IMG/VR virus record: IMGVR_UViG_3300040801_002079
Span: 248,001-312,000 of that record
Length of the DNA: 64,000 nt
Direction: 5' to 3' (one strand)
Shown: positions 18,600-30,500 of the stretch, one piece after another
Position numbering within the stretch: the first letter of the stretch is position 1
Layout of the letters: each line of letters begins with the position of its first letter
Position numbers and translations under genes: made by a program
Notes under the pieces: generated by a model
Database searches by the model: none
Told to the model about the DNA's origin: nothing
The model's input: only the letters and a program-made list of their open reading frames with translations

Positions 18600-21512
18600 A
18601 TGCGAATTGTAAGTAGAGCGGAATCATGGGAAAGAGTATATGAGGCATTTGAGCAAGTAAATTTCTCTGCCTTTGATTTCGTAACGATCAAAGAATCCCT
18701 GATAGACTATTTGAAATTATACTTTGCGGAAGATTTTAATGATTGGATTGAATCTTCAGAACTCTTGCCCATCATTGAAGCATTTGCGTATGTGGGTGAA
18801 CTTCTAGCTTATCGTGTTGATCTTAATGCCCATGAAAATCTAATCACGGTTGCCCAAAGAAAAGAATCAATTTTACGCTTAGCAAAACTGCTGTCATATA
18901 ACGCATCACGAAATATACCATCCCGTGGATTAGTTAAGCTGACCACAATATCAACAACAGAGAGCGTTTTTGATTCAAACGGAACAAACTTAGCTAATGT
19001 TGACATTATATGGAATGATCCCAACAACCCAAACTGGAAAGAACAGTTTACATTAGTAATGAACCGAGTCTTACGGCAAGACTTTGGAACTGTTCTACCA
19101 TCAGATAGGGTTCAAGTCCAAGATGTATTATTTGAAGTCTATGAATTGAACAATAATCCAATTCAGAACAACACACTATCCTATAATATTAGCGTTTCCA
19201 ATGAAACATATCCCATGGAAATAGTGGCCTCCACGCTTAATTCATATGGGCCATTAGAAAAACGACCAGAAAAGGATATGCAATTATCGGTATTATATTT
19301 GTCGGATGGTCTAGGAGATTCATCAGATAATACGGGGTTCTTCTTTTTCACTAAACAGGGGTCCATGCAGCGAGTTTTAGCGGATTTTGATGGAGTTACC
19401 CCAAATCAAACATTCGATGTTAACACCATTAATACCAATGAAACGGACATATGGGTTAATAATATTGACCCAGATACTGAGGAAATATTGATCGATGACT
19501 CTGATATTCAGGCGACTGAGCGTGAAGGTGAATGGTATCCGGTTGATTTGGCTAGTGCACAAAATATCATCTTCAACACATCAGAAAACAGAAATAAGTA
19601 TGAAGTTGAAACACTTGATGACGATAAATTCCGTTTAATATTTGGAGATGGTAATTTTTCAAATATCCCATCGGGTAGATTTGAAATCTGGCACAGATCA
19701 TCCGCAAATAAATCACTATCTATACCTGAAAGTTCTATACAGAATATAGCAAATAACTTCACATATCTTGATAATAATAATAAAGAGCAAACACTATCTT
19801 TCAATGTAAGCCTATTATCCCCGATACAAAATTCTGCCCCATCGGAAGATATTGAACGCATAAGGCGAACTGCACCATCCGTATACTATACACAGGATAG
19901 AATGGTTAATGCGCAGGATTACAATGAATATATGCTTCAGGATAACTCAATACTGAAGCTACGAGGAATTAACCGCACATTTGCTGGTGACTCAAAATAC
20001 ATAACATGGCATGACCCAAGAGAATATTATGAAAATGTAAAACTATTCGGAAGTGATCTTGTGGTTTATTTTAACACGGTGGCAAATTCTTTTGATGTTG
20101 ATCAATCTGATTTACCACCAATCGACAATTCTTTAGACTCAGATGGAATTGTGAACGGGGAAGCAATGGAAGCCCTGATCTATAATTATATTCAGCCACT
20201 GCTAAGTACTGATTTATTCTTCACCACATTCGCAATAAACGGTGTTCATCCTCAAAACATTAGAAGAGAATTTACAGCCGATGAATTTTTAGCGATAAAA
20301 GAATCTCTGGCGCTGGTATCAGTTAACCCTCCAAATACAGTGTATATGGATTATAGTGAAGACTTGGATTTATGGTCAGTCTTTTCGTCAGAGCCTGTCT
20401 CATGGTGGATAGCGGCAGAGGCCGATAAGGATAATGGGTGGACCATACGATATAATGGGCAAAATATAATTGTTCACAGTGATGAAACCCGATTCTGGAT
20501 TTCAAATGATGAAGATAGGGTTATAACAACCGACACACTTAATACAAACCTTGACGAAATTATAGTTTTATCTGCAAACTTAAATTCAGATGGTGATATT
20601 TTAGGGTCGAATCGTCCGTTTAGTGTCATCCGTCAAGTGGTAATTGAACAAGGTGAATATATGGGGACTCAGAGTATTCACGATTTAGAGGTATTGCCAT
20701 CAGATGAAACATTTGACGGATTTCCTGATGATGTTGATTTAGCATATCTAATCGGAGATACAGATTATGTATACTTCAATAGAGAATCGGATGAATACCC
20801 ATGGGTGTTCCAACCGTATAGTATAGACACTGTTGCCGCTTTTGCCGAAGATCAGGCCAGTGGAGCGGGACTATGGAAAAGAGAGCGGGGCAGAGAAGAC
20901 CTAAACTTTTTATGGATGCATAGAACACCGCGCTATCATTTAATTGATCCAGCCCCTAGTAACATTATTGATATTTACATCATGTCCAGAGGATACTATT
21001 TGTCATTAAGGCAATGGTTGAATGGCTCCTTAGCTGAAGAACCCGAAGCCCCAACCCCATTTACACTAAGAGCAGATTATGGCTACATGCTTGAAAATAA
21101 AATGATATCCGATACTGTTGTGTTGCATCCCGGTAAGGTTAAGCCTATTATTGGACCACTTGCACACCCATCACTACAGGCAACTATAAAGGTAGTGCGC
21201 TCTCCAAATAGGAGTATTTCAGTTAATCAACTTAAGACTCGAATTGTAGATTTGGTTAAAGAGTTCTTCGATATTAATAAATGGGAATTTGGAGAAACAT
21301 TCTATTTTACTGAACTATCCGCGTTCATTCATTCTCGCTTACCCGTCGAGCTAGATTCTGTCGTATTTGTACCGGTAAATGATGCTAATGTTTTTGGTGA
21401 CCTTTATCAGGTGTTGGCAAAAGAAGATGAAATCATCCAACCAAATATAACAGTAGACGATGTTCAAATCATAGAATCCATCAATCCTCGAAGCATACAG
21501 CAAACCCTTTAA
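18600..21512 (+). CDS. gp6: Baseplate wedge protein gp6-like
   Basis: DFVTIKESL...DFNDWIESSE, AQRKESILRLAKLLSY, FGDG, EDIERIRRTAP...TQDRMVNAQDY. Confidence 0.88.
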   Translation: MRIVSRAESWERVYEAFEQVNFSAFDFVTIKESLIDYLKLYFAEDFNDWIESSELLPIIEAFAYVGELLAYRVDLNAHENLITVAQRKESILRLAKLLSYNASRNIPSRGLVKLTTISTTESVFDSNGTNLANVDIIWNDPNNPNWKEQFTLVMNRVLRQDFGTVLPSDRVQVQDVLFEVYELNNNPIQNNTLSYNISVSNETYPMEIVASTLNSYGPLEKRPEKDMQLSVLYLSDGLGDSSDNTGFFFFTKQGSMQRVLADFDGVTPNQTFDVNTINTNETDIWVNNIDPDTEEILIDDSDIQATEREGEWYPVDLASAQNIIFNTSENRNKYEVETLDDDKFRLIFGDGNFSNIPSGRFEIWHRSSANKSLSIPESSIQNIANNFTYLDNNNKEQTLSFNVSLLSPIQNSAPSEDIERIRRTAPSVYYTQDRMVNAQDYNEYMLQDNSILKLRGINRTFAGDSKYITWHDPREYYENVKLFGSDLVVYFNTVANSFDVDQSDLPPIDNSLDSDGIVNGEAMEALIYNYIQPLLSTDLFFTTFAINGVHPQNIRREFTADEFLAIKESLALVSVNPPNTVYMDYSEDLDLWSVFSSEPVSWWIAAEADKDNGWTIRYNGQNIIVHSDETRFWISNDEDRVITTDTLNTNLDEIIVLSANLNSDGDILGSNRPFSVIRQVVIEQGEYMGTQSIHDLEVLPSDETFDGFPDDVDLAYLIGDTDYVYFNRESDEYPWVFQPYSIDTVAAFAEDQASGAGLWKRERGREDLNFLWMHRTPRYHLIDPAPSNIIDIYIMSRGYYLSLRQWLNGSLAEEPEAPTPFTLRADYGYMLENKMISDTVVLHPGKVKPIIGPLAHPSLQATIKVVRSPNRSISVNQLKTRIVDLVKEFFDINKWEFGETFYFTELSAFIHSRLPVELDSVVFVPVNDANVFGDLYQVLAKEDEIIQPNITVDDVQIIESINPRSIQQTL

Positions 21513-21585
21513 AGTTGCGTTTTTCACTAACCGCAATTTTTAATAAATAATTTCATATTGGTATGTTAGCTTGTAGAGGAAATTC

Positions 21586-24500
21586 GTGAATAATTCGGAT
21601 TATAAAAAAAATAGGATAAACATTAATGAATTGCTACCGGACCTTATTTCAAATACTGAAATAAGTAAAAGTATTCAAGAAAATCTGTTTAATCGATTCC
21701 TATCTAAAGATGAATACCAGAGAGTTATAGGTGTTATAGGAACTCCCGACCCAAGAGACCCAACTTCATTTAGAATTCCAGAAAACAATGAATACCGAGA
21801 AAATTATCAGTTGCAGCCCGTTGCTCATGCAAAGGTTGGCTCAGTAGATTACCATTTGTCGTTTCATGATTTGATGAGACGATTGGAGTATTTGGGAGTA
21901 AATACTGAAAGATTTGATGAGTGGGGCAATTCGATGCAATTCAATTGGGTCCCACCAATTGACATTGATAAAATTATAAACTATCAAGATTATTTTTGGG
22001 TATCGGAAAATTTTGATGACGTACCACAATATATAACGGTTAAAAACTTGTGCACTTGGGCGCAAGCTCGTTCTATACAAGCAAAGAAGACTGTTATTTC
22101 TGTACAACAGCCCATTGACATCAACTCAATAAATGAAAATATAATCGAATTATCAGGAAATGTTGTTTCCAAGTATAGTCCGGGAGAACACTTAATAGTT
22201 TACAATAGTAATGAGAGTGAATATGTCGTTGTTACAATTAAAACCGTAGATTTTAATCTATCATCATCTAATACTGATATTATTGTTGACACTAGATTAT
22301 CATCTGATCTCAATACCGCAGCAAGAATCGAATTTCCCATAATTGGAGTTATATCCGCAGAAAAATCAATAATTTTAGAGGGGGATTTGACAAATATTTT
22401 CGCTCCGGAATATATATTCTCTTTAACTAAGTCTATTGGGACGGTAACAACATACCATACGGTTTCAAGCGCATCATATGATACACTGCAAAATCAAACA
22501 ACAGTTGTACTGAAAGAAAACCTTGAAGCCTTAAACTGGAAATATGCTTCAACCTTGCCTCAAATCTTAATGAATGATGAGGAGGCTAGAAGCAGATGTA
22601 ATGAAAATTATACTAGCACCTTGTTTACACAATGGAAAGACGAATACATTGGAAGGCTAATATGGTCACCTAATAAATTAATTATTCAATCTTCTGGATC
22701 GGGACGAACAGAGCTAGGGGAAGATTCTTTTTATGAAGAGAGTTTACTACTTGTAACGTCCGGGGTTAAGAGAGGGGATGTATTAAATATATTAGAAGGT
22801 AAAAGTGAAGGCCAGCATGAAATCATAAGCGTTAATCAAAATCCGGTAACGGGGAGCGTATTGGGGGTTGATCCAAGCGCATTCTTCTTTACAGAATATA
22901 ATGTATCATATCAGATTTATAGGGAACAAACCACGGCTCTAATAACACGATCCGAAGATGATGTACCATCATCTCCAGAAATATATGACCTATGGATAAA
23001 TTCAGATGATGGTAATTTATATCAGTGGACTGGAAGCACATGGAGATTGGTTGCAAACAACATTGATGTACTTGTCGCTTCTTTATATGGCAGACACCTA
23101 CTTGACTTCAATGAAGATGATGCGTGGGCCAAAGAAAATAAATGGATTCACAAAACACAGCTTAGTACATTTGAATCTGCCACACGAGCGCAAATTCCAA
23201 TAATTGAATACGAACCATATATTAAAAAATCAACAACGTCATATTCTAGCAAGGAATGGAAATATAGGGTTGATTCAACTAACGAATACTTTGAAACTGA
23301 TGCGTCACCCAGAATGTTTGAAATTCAGGACATTCGCATAACAGAGAGTGGTAATGAATTTTCATTCATGACGGATACAAAAATATTACTTCATGAAAAA
23401 TTTGGCAACTTGGTTGACGATATTCAAATTGGTGAAAGGATAGAATTTAATGACTTTTCAGAAAACATCAGCACAAAAATTGTTAAAGATGTTGAATTTT
23501 ATAGAGTGTTTCCGAAGTCCAGACACCAAACGGTAATAACATTAACAACCCCCGTAAATGATCCATTTGATCTACCTGTAGGGGCACACATTGGTCCACA
23601 GGAAACATCACTGGGTGATCCTTGGATTGGTATAGATGAAGGGCACTGGCTATTTGAAGGAGTTGTTAATATTCAGGCATCAAGTATTGAGCCTGAGCCA
23701 AACCCAATGCTTAACGAACTATTTGAAAGTAAGTATGTTCCGAAACAAACCGGCGCACGAACGCTTGATATACAATCATTAGATTTTGAAGACATTGAAT
23801 CATTAGAAGTTATAGAAGCACTGGAAACTATAGTACAGGGTGCATACAACTATGAAACAAATATTGGACCTGTATGGCAAACATTTTCTCTCCCGGATAG
23901 TATACAAATAACCGCTCCAAGGTTCGTATTTGACCCCACACTTCATACATTAGCACTATATGAAGATTATCAAGAGGGTGACATGCGTGTATACATAAAT
24001 GGTGTCAGACAGTATGGCAACTTCTTTGATATTAGATCAGAAATATATCCAGATTTTGTTGGTGGCATTCAGTTTGATGATGATACGGTTATTACTAACC
24101 TAGATGTTATACGAATTGAACTGGGCGAATATGCTAAGTATGAAATAGGAAAAAGGGCGGTCACTATTCCAACTGAAGCGGGACTAGAGCCATACAATTT
24201 AGTAGATGTTCGGGCAATGGAGCAAATAAAAACTGATACAAATCAGTACATTTATTTTAACGTTTACGATGTTGACACTCAGCCGAAAATATTTGCTAAT
24301 ACTATATTCAAGTATAATGAATCCGATGAATATTCCGTAAGCCCATATATTCTGGAGCGTGTTGTTGCCGATCCAGCCACCAAAACCTATGAATTTGTTA
24401 ACGAATTGTTCAACCATGAAACAGAAGAACTATATTGTTATTATGACGCAAAGTATGTTGGTAACGAACTTCAAAATCTATGGAAGAGAGGATTAAATAA

Positions 24501-27500
24501 CGAACAGTACGTACCTAAAAAAATAGATAACACTGATTACTGGAAGCTTCCAAATCAGATGTACTATAACCCACAGCATAGAAATAGAAGAGTTGTATCT
24601 TTTCAGGATGTATATAGACATTTTAGAAGTATAGCCCAGTCCCAAACCACTCCCGGAATATATTCAAATGTAACAAACCTATTTCATCTTGATGATAGGG
24701 TCAATTTCGGCTTGGGTGGAACAATAAAAGAACATAATGATAATTTTGATATCTTGATATCAACCATCTTTTTAAACAATGTAAATCCTATAAAACTCTA
24801 TCAGTTTGCGCATGATCAATATCGTTTAAACTTTAAATGGTTGGAAGAAAAATTTATCGATAGTTTTGAAATGCTAGTAAGTGATACTCAGTCCAACACG
24901 ACTGATACACTATCCGCCACTATTTCAGAATATTTAATAGATGCATTTGAAACGAATGATAAACTATCTCAATGGTTTGGGGATAGCTCCACATATAATG
25001 AAGCAACTGATACTGGAATAAAAAACTGGATTGCAACAACTCCATATTTTGGAATGAATTATCTGTACATGCCGTACATGAATATTGATGAAAGATATGG
25101 AATTTATGAATTGTTCCATCATGATGGTCACCGTAGACAAATAGAGTTATCAGCTTCACTGAAGGAGCAATTAAATAAACGTCTATTGGCTCTAGATATA
25201 GCGTCAGAACAAGTAGTTAATAATGATCTTGATCCATTTCCCTTCAGCATAGAGGGTCGTGCTGTAAAACGCGGAGATTATCTGGTTAGGACTGTCCTAC
25301 AGGATAAAACTCGTAAAGTATACAGAAGAAACTACAATAACGTATGGGAAGAATTTCCATATGAAAAGATATTAGCAGAAACATATCTGGATGTCGAGAA
25401 AAGGCTTTATGATAACTGCCCATCATATGATGAGCTTGTTTTCGATTTTTCAACGGTTGAGAATGACGTTGAATATTCTTCCACGCTTGAAAAGCAATTC
25501 GTTAAATACGGCAATTCCAGAGGTATAGATTATCTATACGCCAACGAAATATTTTACACTGGGACTGACCCATTCACTTGGAATTATTATTATACCCCAA
25601 TACCGTCACATCCCGTGACAGGAATAGAAAGTTCAGATGTTGCGGGTAGCTGGCAAGCATTATATGAGAAAGTTTATAATACCCCATACCCACACCTTGA
25701 ACCATGGAAATTGCAAGGATATAGGGATTTGCCGGATTGGTGGCTAAATCGTTATAAGGTAACAGATGGTACCAGAAGATGGTCATCCGAAATGTGGGAT
25801 AATGTTCTAGCTGGAAGAGTTCCCACTGGACGAACCCTTCCTGACGGTGAAATATCGGCTGGCGCAAGAAATGAAGTAAATTCTTATGATTACGTATCTG
25901 TAAATATCGACAATTTTCCAACACATGATGGATACGATTCGGATGAATTGCTTCCACCATATTGGAATTCCAGCAATTCCGAACTAAGTACAGTTAGGTC
26001 ATTATATGATCCAGATGCTAATGATTTCATACAATCACCCGATCTGGACTTTGATTGGGGACAAAATGGAACACAAGAATGGAAATGGAGTGCATCCGCT
26101 CAAAGAATTTATGATGAGTTAATAACAGCATTTAAATTGCAGCCATTAAAATTCACAGCAAGAACATACGGAATAGAAAAGGCTGAGATAAATTGCCTTC
26201 AAATTGATTCCTTAACAAAGTCTCCATACGCCGTTAGAAAAACTCTATTTCATGGAGATATAGACCCAGACACTAATAGTGTGATTACAATTAATGGTGC
26301 TGGGCAATGGTATTCACACTACAACAGAAGCCATAATTTTGATGGCGAATCATCAGAATATAGAACACTATGGAAAGATTGGGATATCCCCCTATCATAT
26401 GAATTTAATGCATTCATTGATACGCCCAGCTTCAGAATAGAAAATGCAAATTTCGACATAACAACCAAAGATTATAGCGTGGAAGTTAAAAAGACTCACG
26501 GTATAGATTTAAAATCAATCTTTGGGCTAAGGGCAAGAATATTATCAGTTCCTTCTAAGTATGCAAAGAACCGCGATTATGGTTTAGGGTGGACCGCAGA
26601 GTTCTTTAACACATCCCCTGATAATAATGATATAAATGTTTATGGAACAGAAAACTATGACTATAGGGTAAAATCGGATAATGAGACCCTGCGCTTATTT
26701 AGTTACCCAATATCTGGAGCAGATGTATCCAGACAAAGAGGTCTACAAGTAGCGAATTATAATCAACAAGCACTATTAAGCGACGAGACACTATATCCAT
26801 CAACCGTAACTCCATTTTTTGCTGACATTTTAATTGATGGAATAAAGCAAATTGAATTGGTTGTGCGTGGCACAGAAGTTAAAACTATATCGGATTTGCT
26901 GGATTCTCTTAATTTACAGCTTGGAACCAACGCTACTGCCACACTTGAACAGGGTAACATTTATATAAGAAGTGATACTACCGGGGCAAGTTCTTCCATT
27001 GAAATAACAGATAGAGGATTGTTTACAACATCACATCAATCATATAGTTCTTTACAGCCGCCAACAACAGAGCCTTTAGAATTTAATCGTGTATTTACAA
27101 TTAAAGGAAACTACACATCGGTATTTCCTGAAAAGAGCGAAGTTGTAATAACAGATTCTACTAATTATAACGGAACATATACCGTGTTTGGAACATTTTA
27201 TGATGTGCCAAATAATGAAACACATATTCACGTAGATGAATTTGTAACAATACCAGATACCACAGTTGATGGATTTATAGAACCTGCCGATGCACTAACT
27301 TTACCGGAAGAGTGGGTGACTGGAACAGAATTATTCTTAAATGGAAACTCCGATGCGCCTCCACCATTAGATAATACACTACCGTATTACATCATTCGAT
27401 TAAGCGATAGAGAATTTAAATTGGCTGAAACTGAAGTTCTAGCATATAAGGGGACAGCAATATCCGGAATCTCCGACAGTTTTATAAACACCATGATAGG

Positions 27501-30500
27501 CAGGCTACAGCGCACATTCCGAGCATTGAGCGGTCAAACGATTGATACGGTATGGCGGAGACACTATCCAGATAAACGAGTTGTCGAGTCTCACCCCAAT
27601 CTAGTCAGTATATCCGGCATACAAAACATGATTGATTTTGTAACGGGATATGAAGATTACTTATATGATCGCGGATTTGTATGTAAAAATCCAGATGGGG
27701 ATAATTATGACCTATCTACTGGAAGAACTAATGATTGGCAGTTTGAATTAGAGAAATTTATATCTAACCTTTATAGGCTAAGAAGTAGAAGACAAGAAGA
27801 GCCATTGGAATATAAAGTATCAGTTAATAGTGTGGACAATAACATAACACTATTGGATGGTGCATACTCAAGTTGGCAGAATGGTACGCGGGTTGTAATT
27901 GTGGAAGGAGATGATGAGGCCCAATTACCCCAACCATTTGATTCAACACTATCGAACGCATTCCCCTATTACATTATACGAAGCGCTCATGATAATATTT
28001 TCCAGTTAGCCTATACCCATTATGATGCAATGAGGGGCAATGCCATTGATATCATAGATGATGGAGTGGGGGATATAAGGCTTAAAGTCTTTAAGAGATT
28101 GACAAATGCTCCAGAATTAGAAATAAACCCACTAAAATCATCAATATGGGTTAAAAATGATCAGGGTGTTATGAATGATGTATTTCATGGCACAAACCTT
28201 GATGTTGTCACATCACAAGCTGTATTTGATAACAATAAAAGGGAAATGAACAGCAATGAAATAATTGTATTCAGACAGGATCATGAAAATAAAATAACAA
28301 TAACAAATGAATTACGCAATTATACAATAGATGCTAAGGTTCCCATCAACAAATATATGGCGGGAATGAATTTATATTATGATGGATATGAGCATATCAT
28401 AACATTTGAAGAATATTCAACCGACGACTCTTTGATATACGATCCATTCTTGGGCGTATCAACACTTAACTTCAGAATCGAATTTAACCGACAGAATGAT
28501 ACTACCTTTAGGCCAAATGTTGGTGGATACACATTACTTGATAATGAATTATTGCAAAATCTAGAGTCCTCTGTAAATGACGTTAGAATGATGTACGACA
28601 CACATAAGACACTGGAAACTAAGCAGTTAACAGAATATGTTCGCAAATCATTAGGATTCGATGAAAAGGATTATATGAATGACATTTCATTAAATCCTAA
28701 AACACAGTTCCTATTTTATAAAGGAATGATTCAGAATAAGGGTACAAATTTTGCCGTAGATGCATTCACAAATCAAACGCTATTTGAAACTGCCGAAATC
28801 GATGAATTCTGGGCGTATAAGCTTGGAGAATTTGGTGGAGCAAGAGAGCTTAGTTATCCTGAAATGATACTAACCCCCGATGATGTTGTTCGCAGAGAAC
28901 TAAGATTGGAGTTCTTATTGCCGGATGAAGGAAGTCTACATTCGTCATTTGTTCCGGTTAGAATAACTGATCCGGAAAGATGGTGGGACCAGCCAGATCA
29001 ACTACAAACAATAAAACCATATGACGGATTCTGGTTCAATATTGATGTTCTTGAGCAAATCGGAAATTCGGAATACAACATAGAATACATTAATGGTAAT
29101 TACATCTTAGATTTGGGTAAGATTGTTAACTCTGTAATTTTGACACATTACAATCCCGAAAGTGAACTCGTTGAACAACTGCAAGAGAATTTACATTTCG
29201 TCTATATGAGTAATAGGGCGATAAAGTTCATAAGAGATGCGGATGATGTTCCCGTTGCAGATTTGCCCCCAGACTCTGCGTTAAAATATCAAGACCTAAC
29301 TGTTAATGTGGTAACATATCACTATGATGCCATAAACCCAGCTAAAGTTATTGACAGAGACTATGACCTTGGTAATTATGATGATACGGGAATTGATGCT
29401 AAGGCCGCAAAAGTTATAACGGAAGTGCCGGTTTGGAATCCAGCCTTTGGACAATATTCACATATTGTAGATTTTGTTACTAATATAAAGAGTAGCGAAG
29501 ACCAAGCAAACTATACCAATTATCCAGACGGCACTTCCCCCGATTTAACACCATGGCTATTTGACATGGTTGGTACCGTATGGATGGACAATAGTATAGA
29601 GCATTATGTTCCATATTATGACAAAACTGCCATGCCTAATTTCGATAAAAGAATCTTCTTATGGGGCACATTGGCTGAATGGGGCGATATAGCACTATAT
29701 GAGTGGTCACAATCACTACTTCCACCAGAAGAATGGGACGGAGACGGTTCCCCTAGAACACTAATCTATAAAAATGATGCAGCAGACCCTGTAAATGATG
29801 ATCCCATTTGGGTTGAAAATCCAGACCCCGATGTGCATGAAGATTATATTGCAGGCTTGGTTACTCCAACCAATAGCACATCCTTAACTGGTGAAATAGA
29901 GGCATATATAAATGGTGAATATGATCAAACCCTAACTATAAACACCCCGGATGATTTTGTAACATATGCTCTAACTTTGCCGCAAGAGGTTCATGTTCAT
30001 TTGATGCATCGGGGGTATGTCCCAACAGAGGATGATCTAAGTGATAATCTATATAAGTATGATACGCCATACTGCAAAGAGACTAGGTATAATTCGGATA
30101 GTAATGAACCATATGATGTATATTATTTCTGGGTAAGAAACCGTGAAACAAAGAGAGAATTTCAGAATGGCAGCGTAACAGTAGTTGAAGCGGAAAAGAT
30201 ATCTAAGAATATGGATTCGCCGTATATGATTATTGAGGGATTGCGTAGCAATGAATTTGGTTATGGAATAATTTACGGCGCAACATTTGATCCATTTGAA
30301 TATGATGTTCCAAATAGATATACTCACGCAATAATAAAAGGACTAAGAGGAACTGTTAAGGGACATTCTCGCTATACGTTAAGGTTCACACGAGACTTTA
30401 ACTTGAGAGATGAGATAGATGATGATCTAAATCTAAAAAATGTCCACGAGGAATGGAAGTTATTTAGAGAAAAGCAGTTTTCCAAGATTGATATCGATTT

